32,576 bases of DNA from the IMG/VR virus record IMGVR_UViG_3300005805_000276, positions 1 through 32,576 of that record. One strand, 5' to 3'. The DNA is from a virus. Lineage: Duplodnaviria > Caudoviricetes. The notes under the pieces are model-generated. The model was given only the letters and a program-made list of their open reading frames with translations, did no database searches and had not been told where the DNA came from. The position numbers and the translations under genes are program-made. Shown here in pieces: positions 1 to 8,077 of the stretch. How positions within the stretch are numbered: position 1 is the first letter of the stretch; every line of letters begins with the position of its first letter.

Positions 1-153
1 GTGTTGATTTTGAAGGTCTGTGTTGATAGGCAGGTTGACAAAATGAATGCACAGGCAACCCCTCGAGAAAATCGAGTCGTTCAACGGACGCCACGCCCTG
101 CTTATTGGGTTGAAGGCAACACGGTTCACAAGTATGAAGGGATACCTCAATGA
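1..153 (+). CDS. 3' end of a gene upstream of the endolysin (partial, function unknown)
   Basis: Frame 1 is open from the window edge (VLILKVCVDRQ...KYEGIPQ*); its TGA overlaps the amidase ATG (ATGA at 150-153). Confidence 0.6.
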   Translation: MLILKVCVDRQVDKMNAQATPRENRVVQRTPRPAYWVEGNTVHKYEGIPQ

Positions 154-641
154 AAACTAAACTCAAACGTGTGTGTATTCACTGGACGGCTGGCGGACTC
201 AAAGCCAACGCCATTGATCGCAAGCATTATCACTTCATCTTTGAGGATGACGGCGATTGTGTGAAGGGGCAATTTCCCCCTGAAGCCAACGCTCGCCAGC
301 TAAAAAATGGTGATACTTACTCCGCACATTGTGCTGGTGGTAATAGTTGGACGTTAGGTGTCGCCGTGTGTGGAGCCTTTAAAGGGTACAAGGGCGGTAC
401 GTTCACACAAAAGAGCCTTGAGGCGTGTCTTAAGTTCGTGGCTCAATTCTGCTTAGCCCATGGTATCAATGTCACACCCGAATTGGTCTACACTCACTAT
501 GAGTTTGGCTTGAAGCACAAGGGGACGGATTCCGCTGGCAAGATTGACATCAACAGCATACCGTGGGAGCCACAGCTCAAACCTCACGAGGTGGGCAACT
601 GGATCCGCACGAAAGTTAAGTGGTACATGGCGAATCCGTAG
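150..641 (+). CDS. N-acetylmuramoyl-L-alanine amidase (Amidase_2-type endolysin)
   Basis: Zn-amidase motifs CIHWTAG, HYHFIF, SAHCAGGNS.TLGVAVCG, VYTHYE, GKIDI. Confidence 0.9.
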   Translation: MKTKLKRVCIHWTAGGLKANAIDRKHYHFIFEDDGDCVKGQFPPEANARQLKNGDTYSAHCAGGNSWTLGVAVCGAFKGYKGGTFTQKSLEACLKFVAQFCLAHGINVTPELVYTHYEFGLKHKGTDSAGKIDINSIPWEPQLKPHEVGNWIRTKVKWYMANP

Positions 642-673
642 GCGACGAGCGGACGTGGGCGTATTAAACAAAA

Positions 674-727
674 ACGCACCCTTTTCTACATCGTTGAGAG
701 GTCGGGTGCGTGCGTTGCTTTTATTTT
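674..727. terminator. Hairpin terminator between convergent transcription units
   Basis: ACGCACCC (674-681) and GGGTGCGT (704-711) stem, flanked by an A-rich tract upstream and a T-rich tract downstream, between converging genes. Confidence 0.6.
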
Positions 728-993
728 AACATACTAGGCGGAACAATGCTAGTGTCAATAGACAAAGGACTACATATCCTTTTAGTGACTATTTCGTGAT
801 TGGGGTAATGCCTTAAAAGTCTTACCACTTCTGAAATTAAAATAGGCTCCTTTTCAGAATAAGCGTCGGTTTCAAAGAGGACTTGCTCCTCTTGAAGCAA
901 AAGCTCAATACTAAAATGCTCTTCACCGTCAATCACTAAATAACCGTCGCCATTTTCTTCTAGCAATGATTTAAGGGCTTCTACTTTCATCAC
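721..993 (-). CDS. hypothetical protein
   Basis: 90-aa ORF whose start overlaps the upstream stop; last gene of the leftward operon. Confidence 0.7.
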   Translation of the reverse strand: MMKVEALKSLLEENGDGYLVIDGEEHFSIELLLQEEQVLFETDAYSEKEPILISEVVRLLRHYPNHEIVTKRICSPLSIDTSIVPPSMLK

Positions 994-1319
994 TCACCGC
1001 CTTTCTTTAATGCTTTTAATGTAGTGTGCAAATTTGCAAATTGCTGACACATCACACTTCGTTTTTTTCTTGATTCTATAAGCTTTATAATGTCACGCTC
1101 GGTTCTGCTATCGCCTTTCTTTTCAAGCTCTTCAATAGCACTCCATACCTCATTAAGCTTTTTTCTGAAATCGCAAATCTCTAGTTGAGCCTCGTATATT
1201 TCCACTTCATTACAAAGAGAGACTAAGGCTTGTCCCTGTTTTTTTGTAAGTTTTGGGATCTGCATAAGGTTGTATATCTTAAGCGAAACATCTTCAAGTT
1301 CTGCATCGTCTTTAATCAC
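990..1319 (-). CDS. hypothetical protein (helical/coiled-coil)
   Basis: 109-aa ORF with 4-nt overlaps on both sides. Confidence 0.7.
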   Translation of the reverse strand: MIKDDAELEDVSLKIYNLMQIPKLTKKQGQALVSLCNEVEIYEAQLEICDFRKKLNEVWSAIEELEKKGDSRTERDIIKLIESRKKRSVMCQQFANLHTTLKALKKGGE

Positions 1320-1579
1320 GCTTCACCGCCTTTCAATCGTGCCACCAGCTCGGAGCCAAGGGAGCAGTAACGCCATTCTTGACTAAAGGTAGGCACTATG
1401 CCCCCAAGTGCGATTATTCGACCCCCCATAGAAAACCCCATAATTTGCTCGTCACTTGTGATGACTGTGAGAGCTGTTAAATCCTTAAGCTTCCAGTTTT
1501 CTAATAAGGTCGTTAATTTCTCCACATTCTTCGTAGGGAAGCCGTGCCTCTTCAGTATTTCGGTTATGATTTCTTGCAT
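1316..1579 (-). CDS. hypothetical protein
   Basis: Start moved to ATG 1579 (MQEII), after GAAAGG and directly after the stop of the 59-aa gene. Confidence 0.7.
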   Translation of the reverse strand: MQEIITEILKRHGFPTKNVEKLTTLLENWKLKDLTALTVITSDEQIMGFSMGGRIIALGGIVPTFSQEWRYCSLGSELVARLKGGEA

Positions 1580-1580
1580 T

Positions 1581-1760
1581 TTAGTTGCCTTTCTCGTTAA
1601 AAAATCTTTCAAGGGTTATGTAAATCGCCAAGCATATTCCAAAGGCACAAAACAAGCCTTTTTCATGTATGGTTAAAACACGAACTGTAATCAAGCCTAT
1701 ATCTAAGCCCAAGAAAATCATGGCAAGATATAGGTAAATGGTAGATGCTTTTTTAAGCAT
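1581..1760 (-). CDS. small membrane protein with two hydrophobic segments (59 aa, not in ORF track)
   Basis: Hand translation MLKKASTIYLYLAMIFLGLDIGLITVRVLTIHEKGLFCAFGICLAIYITLERFFNEKGN*; GGAGGTGA SD; fills the gap exactly. Confidence 0.7.
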   Translation of the reverse strand: MLKKASTIYLYLAMIFLGLDIGLITVRVLTIHEKGLFCAFGICLAIYITLERFFNEKGN

Positions 1761-2289
1761 GGATCACCTCCATTTTAGGCAAGGGTTGCCAGTGGGTTAT
1801 ATCGCTTAATTCTAGCTTGAACCCACAAGGGTCTATTTCTTCCCCTTCGTAATTCTTGGCGTCACAAAGAACATCAAACATATCATCCCCAATAAGAGGT
1901 CTTTCAATAAGGAGGTCGTGGTATTCCCCACCTGATAAGGGGTATTCTGTCTCGTATCGACACACAGCATAGCCACTGGCATTTCCGTCTTTCAATTCAG
2001 GATTGATGCGGACAAGCACTGTATCACCTTCTTTTAAAGGATAATGCTCCACAGGTCGCCACACTTGGATCGTGCCGTCGAGGACGAGTTGCAGGTAACC
2101 ACCAAAGGTACGCACCCATCCATCGTGGTACAGCTTCCAAGCATCTTTAGTGCATTTCCCTTCAGGTTTTCCACCATAAGGAGAAAGACTTTCTATAGGC
2201 ACATCAAGCCCTCCTTTATAATCGCCTTCAGGGAAAACAATCAGCCCCTCATCCGCCCACGCTTGGAGCTGTTGCATTAGTTTAGTCAT
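1753..2289 (-). CDS. hypothetical protein with DUF551-like C-terminal half
   Basis: WRPVE..P...VLV and terminal ITHWQPLP motif typical of DUF551-like phage proteins. Confidence 0.65.
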   Translation of the reverse strand: MTKLMQQLQAWADEGLIVFPEGDYKGGLDVPIESLSPYGGKPEGKCTKDAWKLYHDGWVRTFGGYLQLVLDGTIQVWRPVEHYPLKEGDTVLVRINPELKDGNASGYAVCRYETEYPLSGGEYHDLLIERPLIGDDMFDVLCDAKNYEGEEIDPCGFKLELSDITHWQPLPKMEVIHA

Positions 2290-2488
2290 TTGTCGTTTCC
2301 TTTATGAAAGAATCGTACATTGAAGCTACTAATAAATGTAAATCTACTACATCACTACAGTATATGCTTTCTTCGTTATAAACTTTATCTTTCAAATCGT
2401 ATAAGGCAGACTCAATCTCTATGTATAATTCTGACGCTGTTTTCATAACTTTAACTTTTCCTTTCGCTTCTATTTTTAAGTTACTCAT
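2282..2488 (-). CDS. hypothetical protein
   Basis: 68-aa ORF overlapping both neighbours by 8 nt. Confidence 0.65.
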   Translation of the reverse strand: MSNLKIEAKGKVKVMKTASELYIEIESALYDLKDKVYNEESIYCSDVVDLHLLVASMYDSFIKETTND

Positions 2489-3002
2489 TCACTGGCACTC
2501 CTTCCACAGTAAATCCTAGCAACACCTGCAAGGCGAGAGGGCAATCGGCTTGGACGTAATCCATCAACAAGTCTTCGTCAGTGTAGTATGAGTTGTGATA
2601 ACCACACCACCATCCCATATCAACATCCCATAAATAAAAACTAAACCAAGCCCCATGGTCACTATATCGCTTGTAATGTGCGACGTTCCCACCAAGCAAC
2701 TTACTTTCTACTGCCTGCTTTTTCATAGCGTCCAGCACCGCCTGCGTCACCTTGATAGGTGGATTTAGGGCTTGGGCGAGTTGCCACTGTATAGAAAACT
2801 TAGCTTGTCGAAACCCTTCTTTGTCATTAAAGAAACGAATAGTAGTAGATTCAGGATGCACAAACTCTTTAGGATGCGTGTCAAAATAAATATAAGAATC
2901 TTCAGGATATGTGCTATCGGATTCAACAAACTCAAAGTCAGTAGTAAACGCATCAAACGGCTTACCGTCATTTACTTCTGGGATTATTGCGTCTCTAAAC
3001 AT
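2481..3002 (-). CDS. hypothetical protein (probable paralog of 3087-3587)
   Basis: AGAAAGGA SD; shares ALN.P...T..VL and FT.EGV motifs with 3087-3587. Confidence 0.75.
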   Translation of the reverse strand: MFRDAIIPEVNDGKPFDAFTTDFEFVESDSTYPEDSYIYFDTHPKEFVHPESTTIRFFNDKEGFRQAKFSIQWQLAQALNPPIKVTQAVLDAMKKQAVESKLLGGNVAHYKRYSDHGAWFSFYLWDVDMGWWCGYHNSYYTDEDLLMDYVQADCPLALQVLLGFTVEGVPVNE

Positions 3003-3090
3003 TTTTCGTTTCCTTTCTTACTGGTTTCCACCCCACCATTCCAAAAACCTCTCTTTTAAATGCCCTGTATTGATAATTCTTTAGATTCAT
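2995..3090 (-). CDS. 31-aa small ORF (not in ORF track)
   Basis: MNLKNYQYRAFKREVFGMVGWKPVRKETKNV*; ATGA overlap with the upstream stop and 8-nt overlap downstream. Confidence 0.5.
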   Translation of the reverse strand: MNLKNYQYRAFKREVFGMVGWKPVRKETKNV

Positions 3091-3587
3091 GCTTCCACCC
3101 TCCTTACGCCTTCAAGCGTGAACTGGCGTAGGTATTCCGCTGTTTTGGAACATCTAAACGCTTGGATTTTATGATACGGCATAACATCGTAATCATCTCC
3201 CCATGCCCAACCGTCACCAATGCCTGTACGAGATACCCAATCTAAACTGTAAGGTATGCCAGCATCATCAATCAATACAGCCTTCGCATCCTTCGGCAAC
3301 CCTGCTAGCACCTCATCCGTCGCCAGCACAGGTGCGTTGAGAGCGTTGTAAATGGCGGTTATGGCTTCCATTTTTACTTTCAGGACGTCTTCCTTTTCCG
3401 CAGAAGCACACTTTTTAGAAACAATAAGGTATCCGTCGTTATCAATAATCTTTACATCACTATAAGAGAGTGTCTTATAGTAAGTAAGGCTAGAGTCAAT
3501 CCCTCCTTCTATAATATTTAGATTTTGATAAGCATCGAATAGTTTATCGCCCCATGTACACGGTCTCATCATTTCTTCGTTAGTCAT
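3087..3587 (-). CDS. hypothetical protein (probable paralog of 2481-3002)
   Basis: Start taken at ATG 3587 (MTNEE) after an AGAAAGGA SD. Confidence 0.75.
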   Translation of the reverse strand: MTNEEMMRPCTWGDKLFDAYQNLNIIEGGIDSSLTYYKTLSYSDVKIIDNDGYLIVSKKCASAEKEDVLKVKMEAITAIYNALNAPVLATDEVLAGLPKDAKAVLIDDAGIPYSLDWVSRTGIGDGWAWGDDYDVMPYHKIQAFRCSKTAEYLRQFTLEGVRRVEA

Positions 3588-3750
3588 TGGGTTTTCCTTT
3601 CTCTTCAAAACTCATCACACTCACATCAGAGGCAAGAATATTGGGGTCTACAAAGTAATTCTTGATAGCGTCTTCTATCTGCCGTTTGCTCAAGCCGTCG
3701 GCAAGCTCGATCGTTTGGTAAATCTTGACTTGGACGTTGTAGGTAGGCAT
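3580..3750 (-). CDS. 56-aa hypothetical protein (not in ORF track)
   Basis: MPTYNVQVKIYQTIELADGLSKRQIEDAIKNYFVDPNILASDVSVMSFEEKGKPND*; GGAGG SD; TGATG overlap. Confidence 0.7.
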   Translation of the reverse strand: MPTYNVQVKIYQTIELADGLSKRQIEDAIKNYFVDPNILASDVSVMSFEEKGKPND

Positions 3751-3941
3751 CAATCCACCTCCGTAATATCGGCTTGGTTAATATCGAAATCTAGGGATAT
3801 GTCAAGATCCCATTCGCTTTCATCCGCCTCTCCTGCGACTTCTCTAGCGTGTTCGGGTGAATCCGCTTCGACTTCAATTGAGGCGGTTCCAACTTTATTG
3901 CCAGCACCCATAACTGGGGCTTCAACTAAATAAGTAGGCAT
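3750..3941 (-). CDS. acidic hypothetical protein
   Basis: 63 aa; TAATG overlap with the upstream gene; IEVEADSPEHAREVA pattern common in small phage proteins. Confidence 0.7.
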   Translation of the reverse strand: MPTYLVEAPVMGAGNKVGTASIEVEADSPEHAREVAGEADESEWDLDISLDFDINQADITEVD

Positions 3942-4132
3942 TATTCTTTTCCTTTCTTCAACTGCTTATAAATAGAATCACCAGTAAAATCAGACGTCAC
4001 AAGCACTTCGCCTGTTGTGAACTCGATTAAATGGTCGCCTTCGCCTATGTAGATTGCACCGCCTTTGCAAGGCTTAAGCTTACGTTCTAGTGCTGTATCA
4101 AAATCTACTTGGATCGTTTCGGTTGGCATCAT
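3941..4132 (-). CDS. hypothetical protein
   Basis: 63 aa; GGAAGGA SD directly after the leader terminator. Confidence 0.7.
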   Translation of the reverse strand: MMPTETIQVDFDTALERKLKPCKGGAIYIGEGDHLIEFTTGEVLVTSDFTGDSIYKQLKKGKE

Positions 4133-4146
4133 TCTTTCCTTCCATT

Positions 4147-4179
4147 AAAAAACCCCCCATAGTGCTAACAGACGGGGGG
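4147..4179 (-). terminator. Intrinsic terminator in the 5' leader (attenuator candidate)
   Basis: On the minus strand: CCCCCC, 15-nt loop, GGGGGG, TTTTTT. Confidence 0.7.
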
Positions 4180-4226
4180 ATGCCTTTCGGCATTTTAAAA
4201 TACTAAAGTCGTCTGCTAGCTATTTC

Positions 4227-4255
4227 AGTATAACAAATACTCACGGAAAAAGCAA
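4227..4255 (-). promoter_or_regulatory. sigma70-type promoter with extended -10
   Basis: TTGCTT-17 nt-TATACT with TG one base upstream of the -10. Confidence 0.75.
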
Positions 4256-4315
4256 GGTTAGTCTTTCCCTTTCTTTTCTGTCTTTTCATCCTGCAAGCCA
4301 AACATGCTCGGCTTC

Positions 4316-4438
4316 TTATTCTGAAACAATCCGCTTGGTGTGTGCCTCGGCTTTCTTCGCCTCGTGAAGCTCTAGGGCTTCAATCAAGATGCTTTTGATG
4401 TCTTGGCGGATTTGGGGGTCTTTGAGGTCTAAGGGCAT
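4316..4438 (-). CDS. 40-aa small ORF (not in ORF track)
   Basis: MPLDLKDPQIRQDIKSILIEALELHEAKKAEAHTKRIVSE*; overlaps the end of the XRE gene. Confidence 0.5.
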   Translation of the reverse strand: MPLDLKDPQIRQDIKSILIEALELHEAKKAEAHTKRIVSE

Positions 4439-4854
4439 GGCTTCACATCACTCATATCAAACGGCTCATAGGGAATGATTTTACCTTTAAAACCGCCACG
4501 TTGAACACCATAGGGGTTTCCTTTTATAGGGGTGCCATCCAAATTAACCCAAGCTTCTTTCTCAAACGTGCCACATTTCGCATGAGTGGCATGGGCTTGA
4601 ATATGTGAACCATCTCTAAACGTCAACCAAAAAAGCTCTTTATTCACCGATACCTCCACAGGCTCGGCTTCAAACAGATCTCCCACGCTACACCCTAAGA
4701 CGCTACAAAGCCTGTCGATATTCTCAAGCCTCGGCTGTGTGCGTCCACTTTGCCAGCCGTACACGGTTTGTTGGGGAAGTTGAAGCTCGTTGGCTAGCTT
4801 GTAAAGGCTCCAGCCCTTCTTGGCTCGTGCCGTTTCTCTGATTTTAATTTTCAT
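4429..4854 (-). CDS. XRE/Cro-CI family HTH regulator with extra C-terminal domain
   Basis: IRETARAKKGWSLYKLANELQLPQQTVYGWQSGRTQPRLENIDRLCSVLGCSVGDLF is a classic HTH_3/HTH_26 pattern. Confidence 0.9.
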   Translation of the reverse strand: MKIKIRETARAKKGWSLYKLANELQLPQQTVYGWQSGRTQPRLENIDRLCSVLGCSVGDLFEAEPVEVSVNKELFWLTFRDGSHIQAHATHAKCGTFEKEAWVNLDGTPIKGNPYGVQRGGFKGKIIPYEPFDMSDVKPCP

Positions 4855-5102
4855 CTCTTCCCTCCCTTGATGTTCAAGCTCAACTGCTTGCTTCGGTACG
4901 CTTCTAACTGACTATTGAGGTGATTGATTATGACTTGAAACTCTGCTCGCTTTTCGGGCTTGTCAGCACTACGCAAGATCCAGTCGTCTTGCCCTATAGT
5001 CAACTCACCTTTAAAGGGTGGCTCTGTAAATCTAAACGGCTCCAGTGTCTCCACAAAAAAGCTACCGCCACCGCTAGTGCTTGCCCAAAATAGTTCGTAC
5101 AT
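4851..5102 (-). CDS. hypothetical protein
   Basis: 83 aa; GAGGAG SD; ATGA overlap downstream. Confidence 0.7.
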   Translation of the reverse strand: MYELFWASTSGGGSFFVETLEPFRFTEPPFKGELTIGQDDWILRSADKPEKRAEFQVIINHLNSQLEAYRSKQLSLNIKGGKR

Positions 5103-5103
5103 A

Positions 5104-5565
5104 TCAGCTCCTCGCTTTCTCGTGCTTCACATGGCACACATAGCACCCTAGGCTCTCGTACATTTCCGCACAATGGGGGTCGTCTTCAAACACCGTCACA
5201 TCACCAAAGGCAACATCCGTGCAGATTTCCCTCAAGTGCCGTTCCTTGACCTTGTGAGCAGGCTCAAAGTTGCCTTCATGACGCATGTAAAGGCTAGGGT
5301 TTTCGCCACAAAAGCCATTAACCTGTAGCCACTGGATCGTGTCTTCACGACTTGACTCACGCCGTCCTGTGATGAAAAACACATCGTGATGCTTTTGGAT
5401 GCCTTGTAAAATCGGGGCGATGCCAAAAATAACCCTAGCTTCACGGATTCGTGCATAGTACGCCTCATAGTCCTTATTTGCCCCTGTGATTAGCGGTAAC
5501 AAGTGCGTCACATCAGCTAACACGCCGTCAATGTCGAAAATAAAAATCATGTGTTCATCTCCCAT
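5104..5565 (-). CDS. HAD-superfamily phosphatase (PNKP 3'-phosphatase-like)
   Basis: Motif I FDIDGVLAD, motif II FITGR, LYMR...K, motif IV FEDD. The real start may be a few codons inside. Confidence 0.85.
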   Translation of the reverse strand: MGDEHMIFIFDIDGVLADVTHLLPLITGANKDYEAYYARIREARVIFGIAPILQGIQKHHDVFFITGRRESSREDTIQWLQVNGFCGENPSLYMRHEGNFEPAHKVKERHLREICTDVAFGDVTVFEDDPHCAEMYESLGCYVCHVKHEKARS

Positions 5566-6101
5566 ACTTTCACTTGGTTGAAGTAGTAAAAGTCAAACGG
5601 CTTAATAGGTTTAAAGGCGACTATGTTGTATGAATCCATTGATAAAAACTCAACTTTATCCTTAAAAACAGTCCACACAACAGGAAGTATATTTTCTTCA
5701 CAGTTATAAATGTTATAATCATGTGTACCATTACTTAAAATACTTAATGTTAAATAATCTTCACCAACTTTAAGGCATCCTTTTTCTAAGGCATCTCTCA
5801 AATCGAGCCACGGATGCCGTGCCTCATACAATGCGTCGCCGATCAACTGGTGGATTTCTAGCCCATAATCGCAAGCGTCGTATAGCAGGCTTCCTAGGCA
5901 CGTTAAGGTTCCATCTTCCTGAATGGGATACCCCTTAAAGGTTACTTGGAAAATGCTTGCCCCTAATTCAGGGATACATTCGCCGATTTCCCACTCCGCT
6001 ACGTCGTTTGCATTCAGTTTTAATGAGCAAAGCGTGTTGTCATCAAAAGCTTCGCTTTGTAAGTGAATCAAACATGGTCTTTCTGCTACTTTCTTAGTCA
6101 T
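5547..6101 (-). CDS. hypothetical protein
   Basis: 184-aa ORF with ATGA overlap. Confidence 0.75.
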   Translation of the reverse strand: MTKKVAERPCLIHLQSEAFDDNTLCSLKLNANDVAEWEIGECIPELGASIFQVTFKGYPIQEDGTLTCLGSLLYDACDYGLEIHQLIGDALYEARHPWLDLRDALEKGCLKVGEDYLTLSILSNGTHDYNIYNCEENILPVVWTVFKDKVEFLSMDSYNIVAFKPIKPFDFYYFNQVKVWEMNT

Positions 6102-6421
6102 GCGTCACCGCCTTTCTTTAATCTTGCCCGTCGGTTTCTTTGATACTCTGTGTTGTAAGCTCTTATTTTTTCACGGTTTGTTTCTCTGTACTCTTTGGCG
6201 TATTCGTAGGCTTCTTCACGATTCTCTTTAAAGTGATTCTTAGATCGTTCAAGGTATTTCTCACGATTCGCTTGATAATACTCTTTTTGCTTGGCAAGAA
6301 TTTTCTCACGATTCGCTTCGTAGTATTTTTTAGAGGCTTCGTTTTTTTGATCACGGTACTCTTTGTTTTTTTTGCGATACGCCCTCATGTAGGCATTTAT
6401 TTCTTCACGAGCATTTGCCAT
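6098..6421 (-). CDS. basic helical 15-aa-repeat protein
   Basis: Four repeats YYEANREKILAKQKE / YYQANREKYLERSKN / HFKENREEAYEYAKE / YRETNREKIRAYNTE; no nuclease domain attached. Confidence 0.75.
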   Translation of the reverse strand: MANAREEINAYMRAYRKKNKEYRDQKNEASKKYYEANREKILAKQKEYYQANREKYLERSKNHFKENREEAYEYAKEYRETNREKIRAYNTEYQRNRRARLKKGGDA

Positions 6422-6702
6422 TATTTATTTGCTCCTTTCTTCACCAACTCATTGTAAAACCGTGTGTACGTAGAATCGTAGAGCATCGCCAGTGTGGCTA
6501 TGGCGTCCCACAACTGCTCCTCTAGCCTAGTCTCCCCTATTACAATGCCAACATTGGGGATGGTGATTTTTTGATCCAACCAGCCTTCTCTTTCAAAAGA
6601 CTTCTTATACACCGTCGTTTTCTTCCTGTTGATTTCCGCCCAGCCTTTCGCCTTCAGGAACGCATGGAGGCACGCTAGGACTTCTTGTTTGTTGGGTTTC
6701 AT
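6421..6702 (-). CDS. hypothetical protein
   Basis: 93 aa; AAAGGTGG SD. Confidence 0.7.
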   Translation of the reverse strand: MKPNKQEVLACLHAFLKAKGWAEINRKKTTVYKKSFEREGWLDQKITIPNVGIVIGETRLEEQLWDAIATLAMLYDSTYTRFYNELVKKGANK

Positions 6703-6743
6703 CTTTCCACCTTTCTTAAATTAACTCAATTACTTTGCCGTCT

Positions 6744-7154
6744 TTAAGCAAAAACTTTTTTATAAGTCTCTTTTTTCCTAATTAAAACCGTTCTTGTCAA
6801 CTGCTCATACTCCTCACTGTGCATTATGGATTTAGCAAGTGGCTTGCATTGACAAGGAACTGCAAAAGTATACTCACCTAGTGGTGTGTCTCCCTTTACT
6901 AAAAAATGTCCCACATCACGGCATTTTAGACATTTCAGATTTTTTTCATCTTCTTCGTCATCTTTTTTTTTGAAGCACGCACTAACATATTTAGCAATAC
7001 GTCCTATGTCGGACACGCTAGATGCTTTCCCTGCAAGCTTAGCAAACGTGCCGTGTGCTACGCTTACCACTTGCAACGATCCGTTGGTCACAGACACAAG
7101 GTTTCGGTTTGAATGTTTTGCCTCTTCCTTTGGGGCATTGTCTTTTTTTGCCAT
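6744..7154 (-). CDS. putative Zn-binding replication accessory protein
   Basis: Directly downstream of the initiator; CLKCRDVG...AVPCQC resembles the Zn motif at the N-terminus of phage DnaC/IstB-like loaders; no ATPase domain. Confidence 0.55.
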   Translation of the reverse strand: MAKKDNAPKEEAKHSNRNLVSVTNGSLQVVSVAHGTFAKLAGKASSVSDIGRIAKYVSACFKKKDDEEDEKNLKCLKCRDVGHFLVKGDTPLGEYTFAVPCQCKPLAKSIMHSEEYEQLTRTVLIRKKETYKKVFA

Positions 7155-7165
7155 TTGAAAATCCT

Positions 7166-8062
7166 TTACATTCTAATTACAGGGTTACTTGGCTTAAAAT
7201 CTTCTTTATATTTCTTAATCGCATAATCAAGGCGTGTGTGGTCGTTAATTAACCGCAGGGCATACTGAAACTTATTCTCAATATCTGTGCGGTTAAATGT
7301 GTCTAGCATGGCACAGAATCGTTTGCCAGTCTCAAAACTCGCCCACGTCTCATAGGCTTGTTTTTGCGTTGATATGGGGAACTTGGCAAGCCCCTCTTTA
7401 ATAAAATCGACCTCATGTATAGGATCGCAATTTTCAAACGTCACCAGTATTTCGTGGCGGTCTTCGTCAATTTTCACATCAAGCCAGCCATGTTTTTTGA
7501 TGACTTCGGTTTTGACCCAGTTTTTCAAAACAAGGGAATGGTTGGCATATTTCTTTCTAGGGTTGATTTCAAGATAATCGTCCAGTATTTGAATCGCTTG
7601 ATTTAATCGGTTTTCGCATCCGTAGTATTCAAGGCTTGCCTTATACTGTTTTTCAGTTAAAACTACCCTTTGATGCTCGCCGTGCTTAAAGGTTTCTTCT
7701 TTTGGCACTTTTGGCACTTCTTCTTTTTGGGGCTTTTCTTTTTTTGACAAATCTTGGCAATTGCTAGAATTGCTAGCCTTTGCTAACCCCCCCATTTTTC
7801 CACTTCCCCTTCTTTTCTCTCTTGTTTCTTCCCATTTTTCCAAGTCTCGATTAAAGACATCAACTATGTTTTTAAACAAAAAACGAATATGTTTAGGAAG
7901 GATCTTGCTTAGGTCTTCACCAATCGATTGGTAAACAAAGACTGCCTCCATAAGTAAGCCAAGCTCATAATGAGTAAGAGGGTCTTCGTTGTCTTTCATA
8001 AGTTCAAGGATTGTTAGGCACCAATCCTTGTAAATTACAAACCCTTTTTTATTTTCCGACAT
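7166..8062 (-). CDS. phage replication initiator (DUF6291-like N-terminus)
   Basis: Start ATG 8062 after GAGGGA. KKGFVIYKDW...ELGLLMEAVFVY...RDLEKWEETREKRRGSGKMGG, plus a replisome-organiser-like segment HGEHQRVVLTEKQY...KKYANHSLVLKNW. Confidence 0.8.
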   Translation of the reverse strand: MSENKKGFVIYKDWCLTILELMKDNEDPLTHYELGLLMEAVFVYQSIGEDLSKILPKHIRFLFKNIVDVFNRDLEKWEETREKRRGSGKMGGLAKASNSSNCQDLSKKEKPQKEEVPKVPKEETFKHGEHQRVVLTEKQYKASLEYYGCENRLNQAIQILDDYLEINPRKKYANHSLVLKNWVKTEVIKKHGWLDVKIDEDRHEILVTFENCDPIHEVDFIKEGLAKFPISTQKQAYETWASFETGKRFCAMLDTFNRTDIENKFQYALRLINDHTRLDYAIKKYKEDFKPSNPVIRM

Positions 8063-8077
8063 TAAAAATCCCTCATA

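Noticed and set aside
4429-4854. XRE gene as the CI immunity repressor proving a temperate lifestyle
   Set aside because: It sits mid-operon, has no S24 peptidase domain or divergent cro, and no integrase or att site is visible in the window; lifestyle cannot be called.
6140-6457. 105-aa Phe/Val-rich plus-strand ORF resembling a membrane protein
   Set aside because: Antisense shadow of the Lys/Glu/Asn-rich repeat gene.
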